Shown in pieces: positions 63,487 through 64,000 of a DNA stretch of 64,000 bases. The stretch's first letter is position 1; every line of letters begins with the position of its first letter. Source of the DNA: Octopus sinensis (lineage: Eukaryota). The stretch spans positions 119,660,001 to 119,724,000 of the forward strand of contig NC_042998.1 in assembly GCF_006345805.1 (NCBI RefSeq), read 5' to 3'. A program made the translations under genes and the position numbers. The notes under the pieces were generated by a model, which was not told where the DNA came from, ran no database searches, and worked only from the letters and a program-made list of their open reading frames with translations.

Positions 63487-64000
63487 TCATCATCATCATC
63501 ATCATTGTTTAACATCCGCTGCCCATGCTGGTATGGGTTAGCTGGTTTGACTAAGGACTGGAAAGCCAGGTGGCTGCACCAGGCTCCAATCTGATCTGCC
63601 AAGGTTTCTACAGCTGGATGCCCTTCCTAACGCCAACCACTCTGAGAGTGTAGTGGGTACTTTTTAATGTGTCACCAGCATGAGAGACAATCAGGCAGTA
63701 CTGGCATCAACCATGCTCAAATGGTGCTTTTTACATGCCACCAGCATGGGCGCCAGTCAGGCGGTACTGGCATCGGCCATGACAATGATTTCACTTGACT
63801 CAACAGGTCTTCTCAAGCACAGTATATTGCCCAATGATTGAAGGTACTCTTAAATGGGCTGATTATACAGCACTGGCATAGGCCATGGTTATGGTCTCAC
63901 TCCAAAGGTCTCGATCACTTATCATTGCGTCAATGAGGCCCAATGTTCGAATGGTCTGCCCCATCACTTAGACTCTATCACTACACATTTGTCACTCCTT
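63487..64000 (-). mobile_element. 3' end of another RTE LINE running off the window
   Basis: ORF-end remnant at about 63880-64000, 3'UTR modules shared with the 13295 copy, and a (CAT)n run on the plus strand at 63485-63505. Confidence 0.8.

Overview
AT-rich, repeat-dense eukaryotic genomic DNA. The SINE/RTE repertoire points to an octopus (cephalopod) genome; this is an inference. One host gene is supported: the 3' part of WDR77/MEP50 (PRMT5 cofactor, WD40) on the + strand. Five coding exons (9826-9896, 32899-32953, 43610-43796, 44621-44698, 48705-48957) splice in frame with canonical AG/GT sites; the upstream exons were not found in the window. The rest is mobile-element DNA: RTE LINEs (one young 5'-truncated copy with an open 474-aa RT ORF and a tandemly amplified 3'UTR), many RTE 3' tails, tRNA-derived SINEs, TTAA-flanked MITEs, dead mariner and pogo transposons, and degenerate CR1/L2-, Penelope- and other LINE remnants. 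The most interesting signals, all read by eye and not computed: (1) RTE 3'UTRs built from repeated RNA modules (a compact H-type pseudoknot, a variable-loop hairpin and a bulged stem-loop) with compensatory changes between families; (2) a PHD-like finger inside the RTE ORF; (3) a ~490-bp intronic foldback carrying a tRNA-like cassette; (4) an ~80-bp cluster of stress-response factor sites in the 23-kb intron.
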